From Candidatus Latescibacterota bacterium (GTDB lineage Bacteria; Latescibacterota; UBA2968), in the NCBI GenBank assembly GCA_965208125.1, contig OZ242320.1:1664001-1728000 (forward strand): a stretch of DNA of 64,000 nt, written 5' to 3'. A model generated the notes under the pieces. The model searched no databases and had not been told where the DNA came from. It saw only the letters and a list, made by a program, of their open reading frames with translations. Position numbers and translations under genes: made by a program. Shown one piece after another: positions 22,432 through 37,400 of the stretch (its first letter is position 1; each line of letters starts with the position of its first letter).

Positions 22432-25400
22432 GTGAAATTTATAAATAAAAGAAACTTGCATGCGTCAGTAGGTATCTCTATATTCCTTTACAGACACTCA
22501 AGCAGTAAAAACCGATCCTACACGGGTGTTTCGATACCCGTTTATCAGCATGGTTCCCAGACGCAGCGGTATGGAAATGGTCGCCCTGCTCAATGTGGTA
22601 TTATACCACTTTCGGGATCTATTTGGAAGTCAATAATTTTGACTGTTCTGTGTCCAATGAAAATTACTTTAAATAAGCCTATTAAAAACAAATGTTTACC
22701 CCCCCCCCCCATAATCCGCTCGAACTGGGAAAAACACCGCCCACCCAAACCGGATAAGCAGACGTGCTTTGCTCAGGGTGAATGCCCAAAGAGCGTCGTT
22801 GGCACGACCCGAACAGCTTCACGAGAAGCCAACGGGTGCAAAATTATCCTTTCTTTTTTCGTATTTCTGATTTTCATAGCCTTCGGCTCAATACCCGCAA
22901 AAGCGCAATCCTTCTCTATCGCAGATGTAAATGTCGCCGAAGGCAGTGTAGCCACATTCACCGTAACACGAAGTGGTGCAACAGGCACGACGGTCTCTGT
23001 CAAATGGAACACAGCCAATGATGCAGACGGTGATGATCCAGCAGAAGCCAATGACTATACGGCACAAACAACGAAGCAGACGTTGAACTTTGCGATAGGC
23101 GATGCCAGTAAGACCTTCACGGTTGCCACGACTGATGATGCTGTGGATGAGGATGATGAGACGTTCCTTGTGCAACTGAGTGAGGCCACTGGTGCGACCA
23201 TCACCACAGCGACAGCGACTGGCACCATTACGGATAATGACACAAAAGGCGTGACAGTAGAGCCGACAAGTGTGACCGTGACGGAGGCAGCAGGCAGCAC
23301 ACGCACAGCGACTTATACGGTGGTGCTGACTTCGCAGCCTACTGGCAATGTAACAGTAGAAGTCGCCAGCGATGACACAGACGCAGCGACAGTGGATAAG
23401 TCCCGTTTGACCTTTTCGACAAGCACCTGGAGCACGGCGCAGACGGTTACAGTGACGGGAGTGGATAATCAGCTTGATGATGGCACAAGTCGTAGTGCAA
23501 CGGTTGAACACACGGTCAGTGGTGCAGATTATGCAGGTGAAGATGCTTCAGATGTAGATGTGACTGTAACCGATGATGATGCAGCACCTACCTTCTCTAT
23601 CGCAGATGTAAATGTCGCCGAAGGCAGTGTAGCCACATTCACCGTAACCCGCAATGGTGCAACAGGCACGACGGTCTCTGTCAAATGGAACACCGCCAAT
23701 GATGCCAGTGGCACAGACCCAGCAGAGGCCAATGACTACACAGCACAAACAACGAAGCAGACGTTGAACTTTGCGATAGGCGATGCCAGTAAGACCTTCA
23801 CGGTTGCCACGACTGATGATGCTGTGGATGAGAATAATGAAACCTTCCTTGTGCAACTGAGTGAGGCCAGCGGTGCGACCATCTCCGATGCAGAGGCAGT
23901 AGGCACCATTACCGATGACGATCATGCCGGTATGATGGTGAATGACTCCGCTACCTTTGTCGGTGAGAGCCTCTCCCGCCCTCATACAGTGTGGCTAACG
24001 TCCGAGCCGACCGACGATGTCACCGTTACCGTGACGGTGGACGACGAGAATTTTCTCACCGCGTCTCCGGAGATGCTCACCTTCACGACGCAAAACTGGA
24101 ATACAGCCCAGACGGTCACCATTACGCCCGTAGACGACGACGTTTTCCGTGGCTTTCCGTGGAAAAGTTTTACGTACACGGCGGCGGGCGGCGGATACGA
24201 CGACTTCACACATACAGTTAGAGTGCAAATTTGGGATAACGACCTATGGGAGTGGAGAACCTATCCCGAAGCTTCCATACAAAATGAAAGCTTCCGTCTG
24301 GGCCCGGCTAGTTTTGAGACCTCATTAATTTACACCCTGGAATCCCGCAATGAGAACTTGGCAACGGTCTCACCGTCATCATTCACCGTCACTCATAATG
24401 AAAATCCCCCACCCGATTTTTCTGGAGACTACCCCCAAGAATTCACGGTGACCATACTCGACAATGACCTCGTGGGAGACCAGACCGTAGAGCTCTTGGG
24501 AACGTTTATCCGCCCCTCCCCAACCCACCCCCCAAACTACAGGGTCTTTCCCCCGCTTTTAATAACAATCACGGACAATGACCGTGGGGTTAGCCTTTCC
24601 GCCAATCCGAACCCGGTTCCCGAAGGGTCGAGCGTCACGGTGACGGCGACACTCACCAGGGCCCTGGCAGATACGGTGGGGACGATCCCGGTGACGATCC
24701 CGGTGACGCTCACGGCGGGCACGGCGGAGTCTGGCGATTTCGGTTCGCTCGCTAATATTAATATTACGATTGCGCGCGCACAGGCATCGGGCACCGGAAC
24801 CATCTCCATTACTAATGATGCTATAGATGAAATCAATGAGACGTTCTCGGTGGGACTGGGGACACTTCCATCGCAGTTTCAGCCGGGAAGCCCCAACTCG
24901 GTTGAAGTGACCATTACGGATGACGATACGAAAGGCGTGACAGTAGCGCCTACAAGTCTGACCGTGACGGAAGCGGCAGGCACCACACACACGGCAACTT
25001 ATACAGTGGTGCTGACTTCACAGCCTACTGGCAATGTAACAGTAGAAGTAGAAAGTGATGACACAGACGCAGCGACGGTGGATGAATCAACATTGACCTT
25101 TTCGACCAGTGATTGGAGCACGGCGCAGACAGTGACCGTGACGGGAGTGGATAATAATGTAGATGACGGCACAAGCCGCAGTGCAACGGTTGAACACACC
25201 GTCAGTGGAGCGGACTATGCAGGTGAAGATGCTTCAGATGTAGATGTGACTGTAACCGATGATGATGCGGCACCTTCCTTCTCTATCGCAGATGTAAGTG
25301 TCACCGAAGGCAGTGCAGCCACGTTCACCGTGACCCGTTCAGGTGCGACAGGCACGACGGTCTCTGTCAAATGGAACACCGCCAATGATGCAGACGGTGA

Positions 25401-28400
25401 TGATCCGGCAGAAGCCAATGACTATACGGCAGTCTCTACGAAACAGACACTGAGCTTTGGTGTGGGTGTAACGAGTCTGACGTTTAATGTTCAGACAACA
25501 AATGATTCTGTAGATGAAGGTGATGAGACCTTCCTTGTCCAACTGAGTGAGGCCAGCGCAGGCACATCAATCACCGACGATGAGGCCGTAGGGACAATCA
25601 CGGATAATGATACGAAAGGTGTGACGGTAGATCCTACAAGTCTGACCGTGACGGAAGCGGCAGGCAGCACACGCACAGCAACCTATACGGTGGTGCTAAC
25701 TTCACAACCTACGGGCAACGTAACAGTAGAAGTAGCAAGTGATGACACAGACGCAGCGACAGTGGATAAGTCCCGTTTGACCTTCTCGACAAGCACCTGG
25801 AGCACAGCGCAGACGGTTACAGTGACAGGAGTAGATAATAATGTAGATGATGGAGCCAGTCGTAGTGCAACGGTTGAACACGCGGTCAGTGGAGCGGACT
25901 ATGCAGGTGAAGATGCTTCAGATGTGGATGTGACTGTGACTGATGACGATGCAGCACCTACCTTCTCTATTGCAGATGTGAGTGTTACCGAAGGCAGTGC
26001 AGCCACATTCACCGTAACACGAAGTGGTGCGACAGGTACGACGGTCTCTGTGAAGTGGAACACCGCCAATGATGCAAGTGGCACAGACCCGGCAGAAGCC
26101 AATGACTATACGGCGGTCTCTACGAAACAGACACTGAACTTTGCGATAGGCGATGCCAGTAAGACGTTTAATGTTCAGACAACGAATGATTCTGTGGACG
26201 AGGATGATGAGACGTTCCTTGTCCAACTAAGTGAGGCCACTGGTGCGACCATCTCCACAGCGACAGCGACTGGCACTATCACGGATAATGACACAAAAGG
26301 TGTGACAGTAGCTCCGACGAGTCTGACCGTGACAGAAGCGGCAGGCAGTACACGCACGGCGACTTATACGGTGGTGCTGACTTCACAGCCTACTGGCAAT
26401 GTAACAGTAGAAGTAGAAAGTGATGACACAGACGCAGCGACGGTGGATGAATCAACATTGACCTTTTCGACCAGTGATTGGAGCACGGCGCAGACAGTGA
26501 CCGTGACGGGAGTGGATAATAATGTAGATGACGGCACAAGCCGCAGTGCAACGGTTGAACACACGGTCAGTGGAGCGGACTATGCAGGTGAAGATGCTCC
26601 AGATGTAGATGTGACTGTAACCGATGATGATGCGGCACCTTCCTTCTCTATCGCAGATGTAAGTGTCACCGAAGGCAGTACAGCCACGTTCACCGTGATA
26701 CGAAGTGGTGCGACAGGCACGACGGTCTCTGTCAAATGGAACACCGCCAATGATGCAACCGGTGATGATCCAGCAGAGGCCAATGACTACACAGCACAAA
26801 CAACGAAACAGACACTGAGCTTTGGTGTGGGTATAACGAGTCTAACGTTTAGTGTTCAGACAACGAATGATTCTGTGGATGAGGATGATGAGACCTTCCT
26901 TGTCCAACTGAGTGAGGCCAGCGCAGGCACATCAATCACCGACGATGAGGCCGTAGGGACAATCACGGATAATGACACAAAAGGCGTGACGGTAGCTCCG
27001 ACGAGTCTGACCGTGACGGAAGCGGCAGGCACCACACGCACGGCGACCTATACGGTGGTGCTAACTTCACAACCTACGGGCAACGTAACAGTAGAAGTCG
27101 CCAGCGATGACACAGACGCAGCGACAGTGGATAAGTCCCGTTTGACCTTTTCGACAAGCACCTGGAGCACAGCACAGACGGTTACAGTGACAGGTGTGGA
27201 TAATCAGCTTGATGATGGCACAAGTCGTAGTGCAACGGTTGAACACACCGTCAGTGGTGCGGACTATGCAGGTGAAGATGCTTCAGATGTGGATGTGACT
27301 GTGACTGATGACGATGCAGCACCTACCTTCTCTATTGCAGATGTAAGTGTCACCGAAGGCAGTGTAGCCACGTTCACCGTGACACGAAGTGGTGCGACAG
27401 GCACGACGGTCTCTGTCAAATGGAACACCGCCAATGATGCAGACGGTGATGATCCAGCAGAATCGAATGACTACACAGCACAAACAACGAAACAGACACT
27501 GAGCTTTGGTGTGGGTATAACGAGTCTAACGTTTAGTGTTCAGACAACGAATGATTCTGTGGATGAGGATGATGAGACCTTCCTTGTCCAACTGAGTGAG
27601 GCCAGCGCAGGCACATCAATCACCGACGATGAGGCCGTAGGGACAATCACGGATAATGACACAAAAGGTGTGACAGTAGCTCCGACGAGTCTGACCGTGA
27701 CGGAAGCGGCAGGCAGTACACGCACGGCAACTTATACGGTGGTGCTGACTTCGCAACCTACGGGCAATGTAACAGTAGAAGTCGCCAGTGACGATACAGA
27801 CGCAGCGACGGTGGATAAGTCCCGTTTGACTTTTTCGACAAGCACCTGGAGCACAGCGCAAACAGTGACCGTGACAGGAGTAGATAATAATGTAGATGAT
27901 GGAGCCAGTCGCAGTGCGACGATTGAAAATGAGGTCAGTGGTGCAGATTATGCATCTGTGGAGGCTTCAGATGTAGATGTCACCGTAACTGATGATGATG
28001 CAGCACCTTCCTTCTCTATTGCAGATGTAAGTGTCACCGAAGGTAGTGCAGCCACATTCACCGTAACACGAAGTGGTGCGACAGGTACGACGGTCTCTGT
28101 GAAGTGGAACACCGCCAATGATGCCAGTGGCACAGACCCGGCAGAAGCCAATGACTATACAGCACAGACAACGAAGCAGACGTTGAACTTTGCGATAGGT
28201 GATGCCAGTAAGACCTTCACGGTTGCCACGACGAATGATGCTGTAGATGAAGGTGATGAGACCTTCCTTGTGCAACTGAGTGAGGCCACTGGTGCGACCA
28301 TCACCGATGCAGAGGCAGTAGGGACAATCACGGATAATGACACAAAAGGCGTGACAGTAGATCCGACAAGTGTGACCGTGACGGAAGCGGCAGGCAGTAC

Positions 28401-31400
28401 ACGCACGGCGACCTACACAGTGGTGCTGACCTCACAGCCTACTGGCAATGTAACAGTAGAAGTAGCAAGTGATGACACAGACGCAGCAACGGTGGATGAA
28501 TCCCGTTTGACTTTTTCGACAAGCACCTGGAGCACAGCACAAACAGTGACCGTGACAGGTGTGGATAATCAGCTTGATGATGGAACCAGCCGCAGTGCAA
28601 CGGTTGAACACACCGTCAGTGGTGCGGACTATGCAGGTGTAGATGCTTCAGATGTAGATGTGACTGTGACTGATGACGATGCAGCACCTACCTTCTCTAT
28701 CGCAGATGTAAGTGTCACCGAAGGCAGTGCAGCCACATTCACCGTGACACGAAGTGGTGCAACAGGCACGACGGTCTCTGTCAAATGGAACACTGCCAAT
28801 GATGCAACCGGTGATGATCCAGCAGAGGCCAATGACTACACAGCACAAACAACGAAACAGACACTGAGCTTTGGTGTGGGTATAACGAGTCTAACGTTTA
28901 GTGTTCAGACAACGAATGATTCTGTGGATGAGGATGATGAGACCTTCCTTGTCCAACTGAGTGAGGCGAGCACAGGCACATCAATCACCGACGATGAGGC
29001 CGTAGGGACAATCACGGATAATGACACAAAAGGTGTGACAGTAGCTCCGACGAGTCTGACCGTGACGGAAGCGGCAGGCACCACACGCACGGCGACCTAC
29101 ACAGTGGTGCTGACCTCACAGCCTACTGGCAATGTAACAGTAGAAGTCGCCAGCGATGATACAGACGCAGCAACGGTGGATAAGTCCCGTTTGACTTTTT
29201 CGACAAGCACCTGGAGCACAGCACAGACGGTTACAGTCACGGGAGTGGATAATAATGTAGATGATGGAGCCAGTCGCAGTGCAACGGTTGAACACACGGT
29301 CAGTGGTGCGGACTATGCAGGTGTAGATGCTTCAGATGTAGATGTGACTGTGACTGATGACGATGCAGAACCTACCTTCTCTATCGCAGATGTGAGTGTT
29401 ACCGAAGGCAGTGCAGCCACGTTCACCGTGATACGAAGTGGTGCGACAGGCACGACGGTCTCTGTCAAGTGGAACACTGCCAATGATGGTGATGGGGATG
29501 ATCCGGCAGAAGCCAATGACTATACGGCGGTCTCTACGAAACAGACACTGAGCTTTGGTGTGGGTGTAACGAGTCAGACGTTTAATGTCCAGACGACGAA
29601 TGATGCTGTAGATGAAGATGATGAGACGTTCCTTGTGCAACTAAGTGAGGCCACTGGTGCGACCATCTCCACAGCGACAGCGACTGGCACTATCACGGAT
29701 AATGATACGAAAGGTGTGACGGTAGATCCTACAAGTGTGACCGTGACGGAAGCGGCAGGCAGCACACGCACAGCAACCTACACAGTGGTGCTGACCTCAC
29801 AGCCTACTGGCAATGTAACAGTAGAAGTAGCAAGTGATGACACAGACGCAGCAACGGTGGATGAATCCCGTTTGACTTTTTCGACAAGCACCTGGAGCAC
29901 AGCACAAACAGTGACCGTGACAGGTGTGGATAATCAGCTTGATGATGGAACCAGCCGCAGTGCAACGGTTGAACACACCGTCAGTGGTGCGGACTATGCA
30001 GGTGTAGATGCTTCAGATGTAGATGTGACTGTGACTGATGACGATGCAGCACCTACCTTCTCTATCGCAGATGTGAGTGTCACCGAAGGCAGTGCAGCCA
30101 CGTTCACAGTGATACGAAGTGGTGCAACAGGCACGGCGGTCTCTGTCAAGTGGAACACTGCCGATGATGCAAGTGGCACAGACCCAGCAGAAGCCAATGA
30201 CTATACGGCGGTCTCTACGAAACAGACACTGAACTTTGCGATAGGCGATGCCAGTAAGACGTTTAATGTTCAGACAACGAATGATTCTGTGGACGAGGAT
30301 GATGAGACGTTCCTTGTGGAACTGAGTGAGGCCACTGGTGCGACCATCTCCACAGCGACAGCGACTGGCACTATCACGGATAATGATACGAAAGGTGTGA
30401 CGGTAGATCCTACAAGTCTGACCGTGACGGAAGCGGCAGGCAGCACACGCACAGCAACCTATACGGTGGTGCTAACTTCACAACCTACGGGCAACGTAAC
30501 AGTAGAAGTAGCAAGTGATGACACAGACGCAGCGACAGTGGATAAGTCCCGTTTGACCTTCTCGACAAGCACCTGGAGCACAGCGCAGACGGTTACAGTG
30601 ACGGGAGTAGATAATCAGCTTGATGATGGCACGAGCCGCAGTGCGACGATTGAAAATGAGGTCAGTGGTGCAGATTATGCATCTGTGGAGGCTTCAGATG
30701 TAGATGTCACCGTAACTGATGATGATGCAGCACCTACCTTCTCTATTGCAGATGTAAGTGTCACCGAAGGTAGTGCAGCCACATTCACCGTAACACGAAG
30801 TGGTGCGACAGGTACGACGGTCTCTGTGAAGTGGAACACCGCCAATGATGCCAGTGGCACAGACCCGGCAGAAGCCAATGACTATACAGCACAGACAACG
30901 AAGCAGACGTTGAACTTTGCGATAGGTGATGCCAGTAAGACCTTCACGGTTGCCACGACGAATGATGCTGTAGATGAAGGTGATGAGACCTTCCTTGTGC
31001 AACTGAGTGAGGCCACTGGTGCGACCATCACCGATGCAGAGGCAGTAGGGACAATCACGGATAATGACACAAAAGGCGTGACAGTAGATCCGACAAGTGT
31101 GACCGTGACGGAAGCGGCAGGCAGTACACGCACGGCGACCTACACAGTGGTGCTGACCTCACAGCCTACTGGCAACGTAACAGTAGAAGTAGCAAGTGAT
31201 GACACAGACGCAGCGACAGTGGATAAGTCCCGTTTGACCTTCTCGACAAGCACCTGGAGCACGGCGCAGACGGTTACAGTGACAGGTGTGGATAATCAGC
31301 TTGATGATGGCACAAGTCGTAGTGCAACGGTTGAACACACCGTCAGTGGTGCAGATTATGCAGGTGAAGATGCTTCAGATGTGGATGTGACTGTGACAGA

Positions 31401-34400
31401 TGACGATGCAGCACCTACCTTCTCTATCGCAGATGTGAGTGTCACCGAAGGCAGTGCAGCCACATTCACCGTAACCCGCAGTGGTGCAACAGGCACGGCG
31501 GTCTCTGTCAAGTGGAACACTGCCGATGATGCAAGTGGCACAGACCCAGCAGAATCGAATGACTATACAGCACAGACGAGCAAGCAGACGTTGAATTTTG
31601 CGATAGGTGATGCCAGTAAGACCTTCACGGTTGCCACGACGAATGATGCTGTGGATGAAGGTGATGAGACGTTCCTTGTCCAACTGAGTGAGGCTACTGG
31701 TGCGACCATCTCCGATGCAGAGGCCGTAGGAACCATTACGGATAATGATACGAAAGGAGTGACGGTAGCTCCGACAAGTCTGACCGTGACGGAAGCGGCA
31801 GGCAGTACACGCACAGCAACCTATACGGTGGTGCTGACTTCACAGCCTACTGGCAATGTAACAGTAGAAGTAGAAAGTGACGATACAGATATAGCGACGG
31901 TGGATGAATCAACATTGACCTTTTCGACAAGCACCTGGAGCACAGCGCAGACGGTTACAGTGACGGGAGTGGATAATAATGTAGATGATGGCACAAGTCG
32001 TAGTGCAACGGTTGAACACACGGTCAGTGGAGCGGACTATGCAGGTGAAGATGCTTCAGATGTGGATGTGACTGTGACTGATGACGATGCAGCACCTACC
32101 TTCTCTATCGCAGATGTAAGTGTCACCGAAGGCAGTGCAGCCACATTCACCGTGACCCGCAATGGTGCGACAGGCACGGCGGTCTCTGTCAAATGGAACA
32201 CCGCCAATGATGCAAGTGGCACAGACCCGGCAGAATCGAATGACTACACAGCACAAACAACGAAGCAGACATTGAGCTTTGGTGTGGGTATAACGAGTCT
32301 AACGTTTAGTGTTCAGACAACGAATGATTCTGTGGATGAGGATGATGAGACGTTCCTTGTGGAACTGAGTGAGGCCAGCGCAGGCACATCAATCACCGAT
32401 GCAGAGGCCGTAGGCACCATTACCGATAACGATACAAAAGGAGTGACGGTAACACCTACAAGTGTGACTGTGACGGAGGCAGCGGGCACCACGCGCACGG
32501 CAACTTATACGGTGGTGCTGACTTCGCAACCTACGGGCAATGTAACAGTAGAAGTCGCCAGTGACGATACAGACGCAGCGACGGTGGATAAGTCCCGTTT
32601 GACCTTCTCGACAAGCACCTGGAGCACGGCGCAGACAGTGACCGTGACAGGTGTGGATAATCAGCTTGATGATGGAGCCAGTCGCAGTGCGACGATTGAA
32701 CACATGGTCAGTGGAGCGGACTATGCAGGTGAAGATGCTTCAGATGTGGATGTGACTGTAACCGATGATGATACGGCTCCCGCGTTTTCAATAGGTGATG
32801 TGAGTGTCACCGAAGGCAGTGTAGCCACATTCACCGTAACCCGTTCAGGTGCTCTTGGCAGTGTTGCATCCGTGAAGTGGAACACAGCCGATGATGCCAG
32901 TGGCACAGACCCAGCAGAATCGAATGACTACACAGCACAGACGACGAAGCAGACATTGAGCTTTGGTGCGAATGATGCGATTAAGACCTTCACGGTTGCC
33001 ACGACGAATGATGCTGTGGATGAGGATGATGAAACCTTCCTTGTGCAACTGAGTGAGGCGAGCACAGGCACATCAATCACCGATGCAGAGGCCGTAGGAA
33101 CCATTACGGATAATGATACAAAAGGTGTGACAGTAGCTCCGACGAGTGTGACCGTAACAGAAGCGGCAGGCAACACACGCACGGCGACTTATACGGTGGT
33201 GCTTACGAGCCAGCCTACTGGCAATGTAACAGTAGAAGTCGCCAGTGATGACACAGACGCAGCAACGGTGGATAAGTCCCGTTTGACCTTCTCGACAAGC
33301 ACATGGAGCACAGCACAAACAGTGACCGTGACAGGTGTGGATAATAATGTAGATGATGGAGCCAGTCGTAGTGCAACGGTTGAACACACCGTCAGTGGAG
33401 CGGACTATGCTTCTGTAGATGCTTCGGATGTGGATGTGACTGTAACCGATGATGATGCGGCACCTACTTTCTCTATCGCAGATGTAAGTGTTACAGAAGG
33501 CAGTGCTGCCACATTCACCGTGACACGAAGTGGTGCAACGGGCACGGCGGTCTCTGTCAAGTGGAACACTGCCAATGATGCCAGTGGCACAGACCCAGCA
33601 GAAGCCAATGACTATACGGCGGTTTCTACGAAACAGACATTGAGCTTTGGTGTGGGTGTAACGAGTCAGACGTTTAATGTTCAGACAACGAATGATTCTG
33701 TGGATGAGGATGATGAGACGTTCCTTGTGCAATTAAGCGAGGCGAGCACAGGCACATCAATCACCGATGCAGAGGCCGTAGGGACAATCACGGATAATGA
33801 TACAAAAGGTGTGACAGTAGCTCCGACGAGTCTGACCGTGACGGAGGCAGCAGGCAACACACGCACAGCGACTTATACGGTGGTGCTGACTTCGCAGCCT
33901 ACTGGCAGCGTGACCGTGGCAGTAGAAAGTGATGACACAGATGCAGCAACGGTGGATGAATCAACATTGACCTTCTCGACCAGTGATTGGAGCACGGCGC
34001 AGACAGTGACCGTGACAGGTGTGGATAATCAGCTTGATGATGGAGCCAGCCGCAGTGCAACGGTTGAACACACCGTCAGTGGTGCGGACTATGCAGGTGT
34101 AGATGCTTCAGATGTAGATGTGACTGTGACTGATGACGATGCAGCACCTACCTTCTCTATCGCAGATGTAAGTGTCACCGAAGGCAGTGCAGCCACATTC
34201 ACCGTGACACGAAGTGGTGCAACAGGCACGACGGTCTCTGTCAAATGGAACACTGCCAATGATGCAACCGGTGATGATCCAGCAGAGGCCAATGACTACA
34301 CAGCACAAACAACGAAACAGACACTGAGCTTTGGTGTGGGTATAACGAGTCTAACGTTTAGTGTTCAGACAACGAATGATTCTGTGGATGAGGATGATGA

Positions 34401-37400
34401 GACCTTCCTTGTCCAACTGAGTGAGGCGAGCACAGGCACATCAATCACCGACGATGAGGCCGTAGGGACAATCACGGATAATGACACAAAAGGTGTGACA
34501 GTAGCTCCGACGAGTCTGACCGTGACGGAAGCGGCAGGCACCACACGCACGGCGACCTACACAGTGGTGCTGACCTCACAGCCTACTGGCAATGTAACAG
34601 TAGAAGTCGCCAGCGATGATACAGACGCAGCAACGGTGGATAAGTCCCGTTTGACTTTTTCGACAAGCACCTGGAGCACAGCACAGACGGTTACAGTCAC
34701 GGGAGTGGATAATAATGTAGATGATGGAGCCAGTCGCAGTGCAACGGTTGAACACACGGTCAGTGGTGCGGACTATGCAGGTGTAGATGCTTCAGATGTA
34801 GATGTGACTGTGACTGATGACGATGCAGAACCTACCTTCTCTATCGCAGATGTGAGTGTTACCGAAGGCAGTGCAGCCACGTTCACCGTGATACGAAGTG
34901 GTGCGACAGGCACGACGGTCTCTGTCAAGTGGAACACTGCCAATGATGGTGATGGGGATGATCCGGCAGAAGCCAATGACTATACGGCGGTCTCTACGAA
35001 ACAGACACTGAGCTTTGGTGTGGGTGTAACGAGTCAGACGTTTAATGTCCAGACGACGAATGATGCTGTAGATGAAGATGATGAGACGTTCCTTGTGCAA
35101 CTAAGTGAGGCCACTGGTGCGACCATCTCCACAGCGACAGCGACTGGCACTATCACGGATAATGATACGAAAGGTGTGACGGTAGATCCTACAAGTGTGA
35201 CCGTGACGGAAGCGGCAGGCAGCACACGCACAGCAACCTACACAGTGGTGCTGACCTCACAGCCTACTGGCAATGTAACAGTAGAAGTAGCAAGTGATGA
35301 CACAGACGCAGCAACGGTGGATGAATCCCGTTTGACTTTTTCGACAAGCACCTGGAGCACAGCACAAACAGTGACCGTGACAGGTGTGGATAATCAGCTT
35401 GATGATGGAGCCAGCCGCAGTGCAACGGTTGAACACACCGTCAGTGGTGCGGACTATGCAGGTGTAGATGCTTCAGATGTAGATGTGACTGTGACTGATG
35501 ACGATGCAGCACCTACCTTCTCTATCGCAGATGTAAGTGTCACCGAAGGCAGTGCAGCCACATTCACCGTGACACGAAGTGGTGCAACAGGCACGACGGT
35601 CTCTGTCAAATGGAACACTGCCAATGATGCAACCGGTGATGATCCAGCAGAGGCCAATGACTACACAGCACAAACAACGAAACAGACACTGAGCTTTGGT
35701 GTGGGTATAACGAGTCTAACGTTTAGTGTTCAGACAACGAATGATTCTGTGGATGAGGATGATGAGACCTTCCTTGTCCAACTGAGTGAGGCGAGCACAG
35801 GCACATCAATCACCGACGATGAGGCCGTAGGGACAATCACGGATAATGACACAAAAGGTGTGACAGTAGCTCCGACGAGTCTGACCGTGACGGAAGCGGC
35901 AGGCACCACACGCACGGCGACCTACACAGTGGTGCTGACCTCACAGCCTACTGGCAATGTAACAGTAGAAGTCGCCAGCGATGATACAGACGCAGCAACG
36001 GTGGATAAGTCCCGTTTGACTTTTTCGACAAGCACCTGGAGCACAGCACAGACGGTTACAGTCACGGGAGTGGATAATAATGTAGATGATGGAGCCAGTC
36101 GCAGTGCAACGGTTGAACACACGGTCAGTGGTGCGGACTATGCAGGTGTAGATGCTTCAGATGTAGATGTGACTGTGACTGATGACGATGCAGAACCTAC
36201 CTTCTCTATCGCAGATGTGAGTGTTACCGAAGGCAGTGCAGCCACGTTCACCGTGATACGAAGTGGTGCGACAGGCACGACGGTCTCTGTCAAGTGGAAC
36301 ACTGCCAATGATGGTGATGGGGATGATCCGGCAGAAGCCAATGACTATACGGCGGTCTCTACGAAACAGACACTGAGCTTTGGTGTGGGTGTAACGAGTC
36401 AGACGTTTAATGTCCAGACGACGAATGATGCTGTAGATGAAGATGATGAGACGTTCCTTGTGCAACTAAGTGAGGCCACTGGTGCGACCATCTCCACAGC
36501 GACAGCGACTGGCACTATCACGGATAATGATACGAAAGGTGTGACGGTAGATCCTACAAGTGTGACCGTGACGGAAGCGGCAGGCAGCACACGCACAGCA
36601 ACCTACACAGTGGTGCTGACCTCACAGCCTACTGGCAATGTAACAGTAGAAGTAGCAAGTGATGACACAGACGCAGCAACGGTGGATGAATCCCGTTTGA
36701 CTTTTTCGACAAGCACCTGGAGCACAGCACAAACAGTGACCGTGACAGGTGTGGATAATCAGCTTGATGATGGAACCAGCCGCAGTGCAACGGTTGAACA
36801 CACCGTCAGTGGTGCGGACTATGCAGGTGTAGATGCTTCAGATGTAGATGTGACTGTGACTGATGACGATGCAGCACCTACCTTCTCTATCGCAGATGTG
36901 AGTGTCACCGAAGGCAGTGCAGCCACGTTCACAGTGATACGAAGTGGTGCAACAGGCACGGCGGTCTCTGTCAAGTGGAACACTGCCGATGATGCAAGTG
37001 GCACAGACCCAGCAGAAGCCAATGACTATACGGCGGTCTCTACGAAACAGACACTGAACTTTGCGATAGGCGATGCCAGTAAGACGTTTAATGTTCAGAC
37101 AACGAATGATGCTGTAGATGAAGGTGATGAGACCTTCCTTGTGCAACTGAGTGAGGCCACTGGTGCGACCATCACCGATGCAGAGGCAGTAGGGACAATC
37201 ACGGATAATGACACAAAAGGCGTGACAGTAGATCCGACAAGTGTGACCGTGACGGAAGCGGCAGGCAGTACACGCACGGCGACCTACACAGTGGTGCTGA
37301 CCTCACAGCCTACTGGCAACGTAACAGTAGAAGTAGCAAGTGATGACACAGACGCAGCGACAGTGGATAAGTCCCGTTTGACCTTCTCGACAAGCACCTG

